The notes beneath the pieces are model-generated. The model saw nothing but the letters and a program-made list of their open reading frames with translations. It had not been told where the DNA came from and did no database searches. A DNA stretch of 33,927 nt from Nemertoderma westbladi (taxonomy: Eukaryota; Animalia; Xenacoelomorpha), in the NCBI GenBank assembly GCA_032718475.1, contig JAUCBJ010001303.1, forward strand, positions 1-33,927, in the 5' to 3' direction. Made by a program: the position numbers and the translations under genes. Below, piece after piece: positions 11,124 through 20,711 of the stretch. The number at the start of each line of letters is the position of its first letter. The first letter of the stretch is position 1.

Positions 11124-11499
11124 CGGTCAGGGCCCTAAACCGATTAGGTTCTCTGTTCGCAGAACACCGAACACTATTCCGGCCACGGAACTAGTCCAGC
11201 AGAATGCCTTTATAGAATCCTGGGATTTGGGGGACGAGAGGATCTCAGCAACTAAGCGAAAACGAACAATAGGATGTTCCTAGACCCCCCCCCCCCAAAA
11301 AAATTTATCCAGAAGACTTTTCGCCATACATAATGTGTTAAAAAAGTCTACGGTTCTCCGGCTAGGGCCAATTTGAGTCAAAAAGTCCGCTTCCCTAGCA
11401 ACCACGTTGCTATGGAGCTACAGCCAAAACGGCTAATGCTACGGAGTTGGGACCGGCGCCAATCGATAGGCAGCATGTGGGTTTATATTGAGAAGTGTT

Positions 11500-12780
11500 A
11501 TTTTTAAAAGCGCCCGATCATGATCTTGACCGTGATCAGCAAAGATCAGTTTTGATCTGGGATCGGACACTCAAGGCTTGCTCCAATCGAAAAACTTAAC
11601 ATTACAAAAAGATTCAGCGACCCCACATTAGTCATGATTCCCGTTAAAAGATTTTAAAAAAAGTGAATTCTTCCCGGTCAAAACGCAAGATCATGATCGC
11701 GCAAAGATCGGACTTCGTAAAATCGTAACTAAGCATTTTGGATATAAACAATTACTGTAGGAAACGTTCAGAACACCCCCCTGAGTCGATTAAAAAAAAA
11801 ATTGGCTCGATCGGACAACCGGTTCTCGAGATCTGATACCTGATCATTAAAGATCAGATTTTTTAGTTTTTTCGGATTTTCTCGAAAACTTTGTTTGAGA
11901 CCCCCGATTTTTTTTTTACGAATCGACTTCTATGATGAAGGGGCAACTTTTCAAAAAGCGATTTGATCATGCCGCGATCAGAAAAGATCGTGTTTTCGGT
12001 TTTATTTCGAAGACCAAGTCCTGGGAGTTCACCGTATGGAAAAACTTAACATCACAAAAATATTCCTCACCCTCGAATTATGGGGGGTAGCCAAAATTTG
12101 GCCATAAAAAAGTTCAAGTCTAGTGGGTCAAAACTCAAGATCATGATCGAGAAAAGATCAGTATATTTAAAATCGAATCTAAGCATTTTTCTAATAAACA
12201 TTCATTGTAAGAAATGTGCAATGGTCTATTCTGAGTTGATTAAAAAAAAAATTGGCTCGATCGGGCAACCAGTTCTCGAGATCAGCTTCCTGATCATAAA
12301 AGATCGTGTTTTTCGGTTTTTCCCGATTTTCTCGAAAACTTTGTTTGAGACCCCCGAATTTTTTTTTACTAATCGACTTCTATTAAGAAGGGGCAACTTT
12401 TGTGCATTTCAAAATTTTCAAAAAGCGATTTGATCAGGCCATGATCAGGAAAGATCATGTTTTCGGTTTTATTTCGAAGACCAAGTCCTGTGAGTTCACC
12501 GTATGAAAAAACTTAACATTACAAAAAGATTCATCACCCTCGAATTAGGGGGGGTAGCCAAAATTTGACCATAAAAAAGTTCAATTCTAGGGGGTCAAAA
12601 GATCATGATCGCAAAATGATCAGTTTTTTCGTAATTACTTCTGAGCATTTTGGGGCAAAACTTTCAAACTAAAAAACATTCACTGGAGTGTTCTAAGTAG
12701 ATTAAAAAAAATTTCGACTCAATAGGCCTACCGGTACCGGAGATATGGTCGTCCAAAGTCTGCTTCCGGTAATTCGAAAA
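11500..12780. repeat. About three diverged direct repeats of ~450-470 bp, GATC-rich
   Basis: AAAAAAAAATTGGCTCGATCGG(A/G)CAACC(G/A)GTTCTCGAGATC at ~11792 and ~12242, with a degenerate third copy at ~12705; AAAAACTTAACAT(T/C)ACAAAAA at ~11590, ~12040 and ~12507. Confidence 0.8.
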
Positions 12781-12841
12781 TATTTCGAAAACCCTTGATC
12801 GAATTTTTTCCTTGAAAATATGTGAATGTACAGTTAGTGGA

Positions 12842-14498
12842 GGGTATATCTTTTGCGTAGAGGTATAGCCTACATAGAGGCTACATGTAGGTATGTGTAG
12901 CCTACATGTAGATGCACGTGTAGGGTGAATGTAGGTAGGTGTAGGTAGGTCTTTAAAAACAACAATGATGAATGAATAGGCCTACACGGGGTACCCGGAC
13001 CCGAACTTCCTCGATGAGATGCGAATGCGGCGAACGGGGGTGGTACCCGGAACAACCACGAAGAGATGCGCATATGGCGGGCGGTGGTACCCGAAACAAC
13101 CAGGAGGAGATGCGAATACGTCGAATGGGGGTCCCCTGAATACCCACGAGACGGAGCCTATCAATATTCAATACTACAGTACTGACAAAGGAAAAAACGA
13201 CTGAACGATATACCGATACATACTGTAGATCTTATGATCCTGCGGGTTCAGGCATGGAGGCTAATGACTTTGTATGGGCCGAACGGCCCGAACCTGATGT
13301 TTCCAGTCAAGGAGGAATCGACTAACGGTTAGGGTTAGAGCTCGTCGTCGGTGTCCATGAGGGTCTGAGGATGAGTGGGTAATTCAACAAAACGCTAACA
13401 ATGATACCGGACTGACTGATTGAACCAGAGTGGCGATGGTAGTCGCTGATGTATATATATTATATATATCATGTATTGATTGTTAGTAGATATTTTTTTA
13501 TAGTATTTGTTTATTAAATTGTCTTCAATGTCTATATTGATAATATTGTGTGCTGTGCTGATTTTACTTATTTTTCATTTTATAAATCTTGCTGTGGCCG
13601 TTTTAATCTACTAAACTGAAGTATAAATTTCATGATTTAATGGATATGCAATTTAACTTTTTCTTTCTATTAACTTTCAATGCAATCAAATATAACTGTA
13701 AAGCTATTGACTTCCGTGTTATTGTTTTGCTGTTACTTCGAGATGGGATATGAATCCCATCGGATTACTGATTAATTCCCATCATCGAGATGGGAATACT
13801 TTATAATGAAACAGTGTGGTGGTCCGCGGGATAGTGGGAAGGGATGGGACTGTTGCTGGTTGGTGGAATGTGACTGCCTGAAAAATTAAAACAAACAAAA
13901 CTTCCAGACTTCTATATTTTTACTTTCAAAACAAAACGTCCAAAACATTTCAATGCTGAAGTACTGTTCAAGTCCCATGGATGTATGGTTGATAAACAGA
14001 TAAAGAGGTGCAGAGGGGGGGTCAGGGTTTCTGGTAGATAGTCCCCGCGATGATGGCTGTTATTCTTGTTTAGGTTACTCTTACTCAATAAACATATAAA
14101 TCAGAACGAGTTAATCTAATGGAACGATGCCTTTCGTGGCGTTAGCATACTCAAATTTATTAGGGCATAATATTTATGACGAGTAAGGGACTTTAGTATA
14201 ATCAGAACGCGATGTTTGATATTTATACAGTACTGCAGTATGCAGTAAAACCTGTTGTCTGACAGCAGACAGGTCTGCAGGTTGATGTACCGTATTGTAC
14301 CGTGGAGATCAGAGATTATTGCCATACATCCTGATTGACGACCGTGTATCACGTTACTGCAAGTTGACACATAAATTACATTAATATCTATGGGACTACA
14401 CCTACCTACATTCACCCTACACGTGCATCTACATGTAGGCTACACATACCTACATGAAGCCTCTATGTAGGCTATACCTCTACGCAAAAGATATACCC
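12842..14498. mobile_element. Non-autonomous Mutator/MULE-type TIR element, 1,657 bp
   Basis: ~100-bp near-perfect TIRs (12842-12943 / 14396-14498) beginning GGGTATATCTTTTGCG; perfect 9-bp TSD GTTAGTGGA at 12833-12841 and 14499-14507. Confidence 0.9.
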
Positions 14499-15597
14499 GT
14501 TAGTGGACCAATATATCACAATCCATATTTCGGATGACAGGTACCGGTGAAATCAGACTTTACCGAAAAAAATTCAAATTTTAGCTACTCATGTCTGACT
14601 ATCTCGAAAACTATAATAGGTATGGAAATACTTTCACTGCCAGAAATGTTCGCCTATCCAATGCGCTTCTAACTCTGTGCTCGGATTTTGCATAGTGTCA
14701 AAACCTACAACTTAACCCCCCCAGCGGAGGGAACGGAGTGACCGGAGCGCCAGTACTATCTTTCATTATAATGAAGTAATAAGGGCGGTGGGTGGGGTAG
14801 GTGGTGAACACTATTTATAGGGTGGAGGGAGGGTCTAGTATATTACTTTAGGATATTTGATTTCTTTGCAATATAGTTTAGCTGCCTCAGTCTTATTTTA
14901 ATATGTTATACATTATACCAAAATATATCAAGTTTTAACATGCTACATTGTCTACCTGTAGGAGAAATATACAATGTAGGGCTCATAATATATTTATAAA
15001 TAGATTTAGTATATTTACATTGTATAACAGAGTTAATTGATACTATTACGGTATTATACTAAAGACGCCGCTTTGATATATCTGATCAAATGGCAATTTC
15101 TTGTATATTATCTATTTCACTATCTTGGGTATATCATTCAATTTCTAAAACTATAATAATAAACATTTACTTCACTTCTTGTTTACTCGCATGGATATAT
15201 TGATATAAAAACTTCAGTATAATATCTTATAGGGCCAAACGCAGATTAATCGGAATAATATGTTTAATTATTATTACAATTGGCACATTGAAGTAAGTAG
15301 TACATGAGTTTGATAAAATAATTATGAATCTGTATCTTATTCTACTTTGTCTATATGATTATGTTATATAATAATGTTACTTTATCACTTTGGTTTAAAC
15401 CGATCTCCTTTACTATTACTTACTACTTATACTACTACTACTACTACTACTATTACTACTACTACTACTGACTACTACAGAGTTATATATTATAAGAGGA
15501 GGGGGTTCGTGATTATTAGTTATTATACAAGTGCCCCTCGGCTATAGAGAGTCCACCCTCGGTTGCTTACTGGATAAGTAAGTTCTTTTACGCAAGG

Positions 15598-17314
15598 TAT
15601 TATTTTACCACATAAATAAACCTACCTAGTTTACATGGGTGAAAATATAAACACTTAGATTTACCGGGGTTATACAGAATATCGTGATCGATACCATACG
15701 TTTCACAGATTCGTAATAGCACTCTCAGACCCTGAATACTAGGGGCCAAGACACAAAGGTCGTCGGCGTAAAGTAAGTTATTTAACCTACTGGACCCAAC
15801 TTTACATCCTACAGAAGCACGATTTAATAATTTACTCAAATCATTAAGATAAATGTTGAACAAAAGAGGAGACAACAACGAGCCTTGTCGTACAGAGTTA
15901 CCGACACGAAAACCAGCTGAGGTAGCATTACCCCAGGTTACAGTTAGCACTTGGTTAGTGTACCAGTAGAATAAAATACGTACTATACACACGGGTACTT
16001 TGAGATTTAATAATTTCTGAAAAAGTTTGTAATAATTAACCCGATCGAACGCTTTAGAGGCGTCTAAGAATGCCACATAAACAGGCGAGTCACGGGAGAT
16101 ATATAAATAAACTGTTTCTTTAAGAACATATATACAAGTCTCGGTACCCAGTCCTGGACTAAAACCAAATTGATTGTCGGTCAATTTCGTTTTTCCCTTA
16201 ATTCTACCAAATATACAAGATTCAAACACTTTAGCACAAATATTAGATATATTTATAGGCCTATAATTATCCTTATCAGACAAAGAAGCATTCTTATTCT
16301 TTACAATAGGAAACAAAGCACAAACCATAAATGAAGCATAACATTATCATGTAGCAACTGAAATTGTAACAAATGTGCCTCGTTGCAACAATGTACATCA
16401 GAACAAATAATTGCTTCGTGGGGCAATATAATATCAGAAAATAAAACATTAGTACGATCGGCATATGCACGTTTCATGTTATTATCTACTTTGTCCCAGA
16501 AGGGGGCGCTATAATTCTTACGTGAGTCATTATTCAAATTATTAGTTCCATTACAAAAATTATCACACTGCGAAAAAATAAATTTGAATGAAATAGGCAT
16601 ATGATCAAAATCTGACACCTCATACGGTATCTTCATATCCAAAATTAACTTATGAAATTCGCAACTCGATATCACGTGGTCGAGCCAAGACAAGGTACTG
16701 TGTACATGGCTCGTGTATGTGAACGAGTTACTAGGTAACAAATGAGAGTCAGAAATATACAGCTTTTCACTGTCGCAAAATTTCATAAGTTCCTTGCCAA
16801 AGCTTCGGCGCGGGTCAGCGTTAAAGTCTCCCAATATACAGTTACTAGTAAAAGTATTAAAATCAATGATCGAACCACATTTACCCAATAATTCAGAGAA
16901 ATGGTCCATATTATCGTCCGATTGGCACGGCATATAAACATTGAGAAAAAGGCTCTGTGGGCCATCCGGGGCGCCAACCCGCAGACCCATAATACGCTCC
17001 TCATTGAACTCCTGAAAATTAATATAAGGAGCCAATGGCTTGCGCCATAAAGCCGCCAAACCGCCATGTGGCCTACCCACCCTCGGGCCGAGGGACAGGT
17101 CGACTGAGGAGACTCCCCTACCAAAAAAACTATCGTGGATAGAATTCAGTTTATGCAGATCTTGCTTTACCATCCAAGTTTCCTGTAAAAAAACAATATC
17201 ATGACTGTCTAGCAACTTAGTAACGTGGGGCAGGTTATTATCAATGCCATTACAGTTAAATGTACATATACGGAGCGAACTAGATATGGGTGCCATCACG
17301 CTTTCTGGGACCAT
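15598..17314 (-). pseudogene. L2/CR1-group LINE ORF2: AP endonuclease + reverse transcriptase, internally deleted and frameshifted near 16320
   Basis: EN motifs TFNCNG, FLQETW, GRPHGG, NVYMP, ILGDFNAD, SWLDHV, DHMP; RT motifs NYRPI, QFGF, FLDASKAFDRV, VRQGSLLSPLLFNIY, LLYADD. The EN-RT linker is much shorter than usual. Confidence 0.92.
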
Positions 17315-18596
17315 AGAACGAGCCTGGGCCCCAATACTCGTACGGCTTTATCATGCTAAACCTAGGCCAAATGGCCGGGTTCGATAGCCGCTCATACACA
17401 TCGTGGTCTCGAGTGGAGATGATGAACGAACTGTAGTCGTCAAACTTCTTCTTCGAGTTAGCAACAACCGACACCGTCTCAATATCGTGTTTGTTCTTCA
17501 GAAAGTCCACTATTGAATCCGATGTAGCCGTGGGCTGCAGTCGCGTTACGAACAGCTTCTTCAGAGCCGGCTGTTTCTCCACAGCCTGCAACTCAGCAAA
17601 TTCTCCGGTTCCCGAAACCAGCGGCTTGCGCGATCGTCTCTTTCTGAGATATTGCGTAAAGCCATCTTTATCAGGAACAGAATCCAACTCACCTAACCGC
17701 TCCGGCGGTCGGGGGGCTGCCGGAGGACCGGCTCCTCTCCCGCGACCCAAACCCGAAGAAGGAACATATCTCGGGTTAGACGCCGGGGGCGCACCGAGCC
17801 TCGAGGAAGCCCCAGGGGCGGATTGGGCGGAAGACAACGTGTCCCGGTAAGGCAACTCCATAATGGAGGGAGTAGGCCCGCGAGAGTCGTTAATAACACT
17901 GAACGAGGTAGTCGAGGAATCGATACCCTCCGAGAGACCCGCGCACGAACGCGAGTGATCCATGAAGCCTAAAGTAGGCGCAGGCCTAAGCAGAGCACGA
18001 TCGCCGGATTCGACACAATGCTGGTTGCGCAATATCTCAAACTCGTTTCTCAGTTCCAGTACATCGCCTTGCCGTGCAGTACTACCGATATTTGTCGTGT
18101 TCCTAGCAACTTCCACCCGTAAGTCGGACAGAATAGATCGTAAGTCCCTCAGGTCATCAGATTGAACCATTGCCTCTACCGCTTTACGGTCAGTAGGAGG
18201 TAGGCGGCAGGGATTTAAAGCGAAGAAGGTAGGTCTCGCTGGAGCGTCTACAAAGGCGCTCTCGTTAAATACCATATAGATATCGGAGGCATGGCTAATT
18301 TTCTTTTTATTCCCCATGCGACCGACCCAAGCAGGAAGAGGTCTTCCGGAAACCGCACATTTCGTTGTTTCGTGAAAGAGCAGCCGTTTAGCCTCTACAA
18401 CCTCTTCCAAGGAGTAGAAACTGTTGACAATAGACAAAAGGGACTGTTTATCCAATGTCGAAATATGAAATTGGATAAAGCAGAGTAGCTCGCTACGAAC
18501 AAGAGGACGGTTGGGGTCCGCATCAAAGTCGTCCAGCAGATTATCTTCAGCGTAACCCTGAGTCAAAGTTTCGCAAGAAAGATCAGGATTCAGCAT
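17280..18596 (-). CDS. L2/CR1-group LINE ORF1 protein
   Basis: ATG at 18596 (MLNPDL); SELLCFIQ...FYSLEEVVEAKRLLF, a coiled coil, and a C-terminal LFVTRL...YSSFII...WP...KPY RRM-like domain typical of CR1/L2-group ORF1; directly precedes ORF2. Confidence 0.85.
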   Translation of the reverse strand: MLNPDLSCETLTQGYAEDNLLDDFDADPNRPLVRSELLCFIQFHISTLDKQSLLSIVNSFYSLEEVVEAKRLLFHETTKCAVSGRPLPAWVGRMGNKKKISHASDIYMVFNESAFVDAPARPTFFALNPCRLPPTDRKAVEAMVQSDDLRDLRSILSDLRVEVARNTTNIGSTARQGDVLELRNEFEILRNQHCVESGDRALLRPAPTLGFMDHSRSCAGLSEGIDSSTTSFSVINDSRGPTPSIMELPYRDTLSSAQSAPGASSRLGAPPASNPRYVPSSGLGRGRGAGPPAAPRPPERLGELDSVPDKDGFTQYLRKRRSRKPLVSGTGEFAELQAVEKQPALKKLFVTRLQPTATSDSIVDFLKNKHDIETVSVVANSKKKFDDYSSFIISTRDHDVYERLSNPAIWPRFSMIKPYEYWGPGSFYGPRKRDGTHI

Positions 18597-18724
18597 TGCC
18601 CAAGAGATTTCACAAATACTGAAATATAGTATTAGTAATGTTTCAATTAATATTCTAAAACAATACTGCCGTGAAATACAGACTAAAGTGTCGATACAAT
18701 AATTGAACTGTCTGCCATAATTTT

Positions 18725-18907
18725 TCATTGAAACAATAGGTATTGTTTCAACCTCACAGGTAATGGCAAATGTCTCACATACTGACCACATCTGTGGCCC
18801 ATGGCGGTGCGAATACAAATACGAGTACATTGTAGCAGACTGAACGGGTTTCGGGACCGGTGCAACAAATCCAGCGTCAAATCCGCATCCCACAAACCAG
18901 CAAACAC
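18725..18907 (-). CDS. Terminal coding exon of an ankyrin repeat/SOCS-box (ASB-like) gene: SOCS box
   Basis: Acceptor TTTCAG|GTG at 18908/18907 (phase 0); encodes ...RNPFSLLQCTRICIRTAMG...VRHLPLPVRLKQYLLFQ*, i.e. a BC box and an LPLP cullin box. Confidence 0.85.
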   Translation of the reverse strand: MFAGLWDADLTLDLLHRSRNPFSLLQCTRICIRTAMGHRCGQYVRHLPLPVRLKQYLLFQ

Positions 18908-19093
18908 CTGAAATATAAAACTACAAGTCATAAATTGGTCAATTATTACAAGTATCGAGCAAAACAAAATGAAAGCAATTTTAATGAGTTATAGGAATAA
19001 TTTAATTATTCCTATTTTCCTATATTAGAGGGGGGGGGGGGGGGGATACTGGCTTGGAAGTCAAGATTTTGAAATGTTTACTGCACCAAAGAG

Positions 19094-19317
19094 AGCGGGG
19101 TAGCTCAGTTGGTAGAGCGCCGGGCCTTCAATCTATTGGTTGTAGGTTCAGCCCCGTCATGGTCCACTCAGCCTTTCATCCACTGGGGTCGATAAAATGA
19201 GTACCAGTCTGGGAGCAAATCATGGGATAGGAGTAGCGCCCACCCCTACCCTCGGGTATCGAAAGAGGAGCCTTCGGCTCGCCTCCGGCTTCGGCCGACT
19301 GTTTGCTTTTTGCTTGC
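19094..19317 (+). mobile_element. tRNA-derived SINE with TSD
   Basis: A box TAGCTCAGTTGG and degenerate B box GGTTCAGCCCC; core CCACTCAGCCTTTCATCCCACTGGGGTCGATAAAATGAGTACC; (TTGC)n-like tail; 16-bp TSD TTACTGCACCAAAGAG at 19078-19093 and 19318-19333. Confidence 0.9.
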
Positions 19318-20509
19318 TTACTGCACCAAAGAGCGATTTGGCAGAAGAAAGTGTTAGAAAGTGCTTTGGTGGACTATATTGAATTGTAATATTTTAAAAA
19401 AATTCATTTTTGACGCCCCTTAGCGGCCACAGCCAAAGTTTACATTTTTGACTTAATATGCATCTCCTTGCATTAAAATGCACCTCCTTTGTCCTTTGTC
19501 TTTGTGAAAAAATTCGAGCCTAATTTTGTTTCGTACTTTTCATGGAAATTACCGCTATTTTTCAAAATAACTTTCAAATTTTAAAAAAAACTGATTTTTC
19601 CGTAAAAAATGTTAAAACAGATGAATAATTGCAAAACTAAAATAAATATATATATAGCAACACGAAACCAAAAAATCAAGCTAAGATTTTTTTGCTAGGG
19701 GGGTTTTCCTGGTCGCTGATTACAGTGCTGAGGTCAGATGTCACTTTTAATGAAATCTAGTTAGTCTGTTTATCTGTCTGTCGGTATTGCTCACTATCCG
19801 ACAATCTGTTTTTTAAATATAAGAAAAGGGCACACCATCTAGCTAGAAGTTTAGTTATAGGGGTTTTCTTGGTCACAGAATTTATTTCGAGTGTCAGTTT
19901 TACATTGGATGACTTCCAAATTGTCTGTTTGGATATTTTAACGGACAGACTGACAGGCATACAGACAAAAAAGACGAGGCTAAATTTGAATACTTTGAAT
20001 AAATTTTTGATAAATTTGAAAATCAAAAATGATGTCACTGACTATGAAAACCCATATAGGAAAGTTCCGTTCCCTATTTGTATGATTACTCATAGCATCG
20101 GCTAACGGATAACGGCTAATGGCTAACGGCAAACGGCAAACTACTGAACAATCAATCTTTCATCCGAGATAGAAAGTTGATCTTTGAATCACCCTAAGTT
20201 CTCAGATAGGGGGGGGGGGGGGGGGGACTGGACGCAATAAAAATTCATCCCTCTCCAGGGGACATTGGACGCTAATAACAGCTGATTACTCTCAAAAATA
20301 AAACTGTAACCTATGCTATTGTGTTTAGTTTATTGTTTTGGTTAAAATAATGTGCCACTGTAACATGCTCCTTTCCCTAAATTCAGAATTTAACAATGAG
20401 GCGGGATATTAAAAGACGATGGGATTTGCGTCCAGTTTCTCCCCCCGCCTGTTTGACAACATTTTCCGCAAATCCCGAAAAAAAAATTTAAATTCAAATT
20501 ACTACCAAC

Positions 20510-20684
20510 CTCTTGAGTTATTCTGTCAACAATGTCAACTTTTTCTGCAGCATTAAAGATGAGTTGCAATGATTCGGGTTTATATTGAATTCGTTTCAAG
20601 GAAGTAAGGATACTATGGGGGTCAGATAAGTCATTCGTTAGATTAATCTTCGCACCATGATTCAGTAAAATCGTTAACAAATAC
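20510..20684 (-). CDS. Internal coding exon of the ASB-like gene (end of an ankyrin repeat)
   Basis: TTTGTTTCAG| acceptor and GAG|GTTGGT donor; 175 bp ending in phase 0, compatible with the SOCS exon; encodes YLLTILLNHGAKINLTND...RITQE. Confidence 0.75.
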
Positions 20685-20704
20685 CTGAAACAAACAATTA
20701 TTGT

Positions 20705-20711
20705 GTTAGTA
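20705..20711 (-). promoter_or_regulatory. Predicted intron branch point TACTAAC (branch A at 20706, -22 from the 3' splice site)
   Basis: Minus strand reads TACTAAC-ACAATAATTGTTTGTTTCAG|G, with no intervening AG. Confidence 0.7.

Larger units (their letters stand above)
11124..15597. mobile_element. Unclassified 4,474-bp non-coding insertion without TSD or TIR
   Basis: Removing it rejoins the LINE codon TA|T (...VVK*YLGH...). Left end is an imperfect palindrome CGGTCAGGG-CCCTAAACCG; it contains ~450-470 bp direct repeats and a degenerate (CTA)n microsatellite at about 15411-15478. Confidence 0.75.

Noticed and set aside
13365-13400. Hammerhead-like CTGAGGA-stem motif
   Set aside because: GAAA is replaced by CAAA, and stems I/III with an NUH site cannot be formed.
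18597-18893. N-terminal 99 aa of the 537-aa ORF as a genuine part of LINE ORF1
   Set aside because: Non-ATG start overlapping the SOCS-box exon and its 3' UTR; ORF1-like sequence begins after the ATG at 18596.
19094-19160. Functional tRNA genes here and at 30711-30785
   Set aside because: The cloverleaf stems fail; the first is the head of a TSD-flanked SINE.
19030-20227. Poly-G tracts at ~19030 and ~20208 as G-quadruplex regulators
   Set aside because: G/C homopolymer runs recur throughout the window inside repeats; nothing indicates a specific function.
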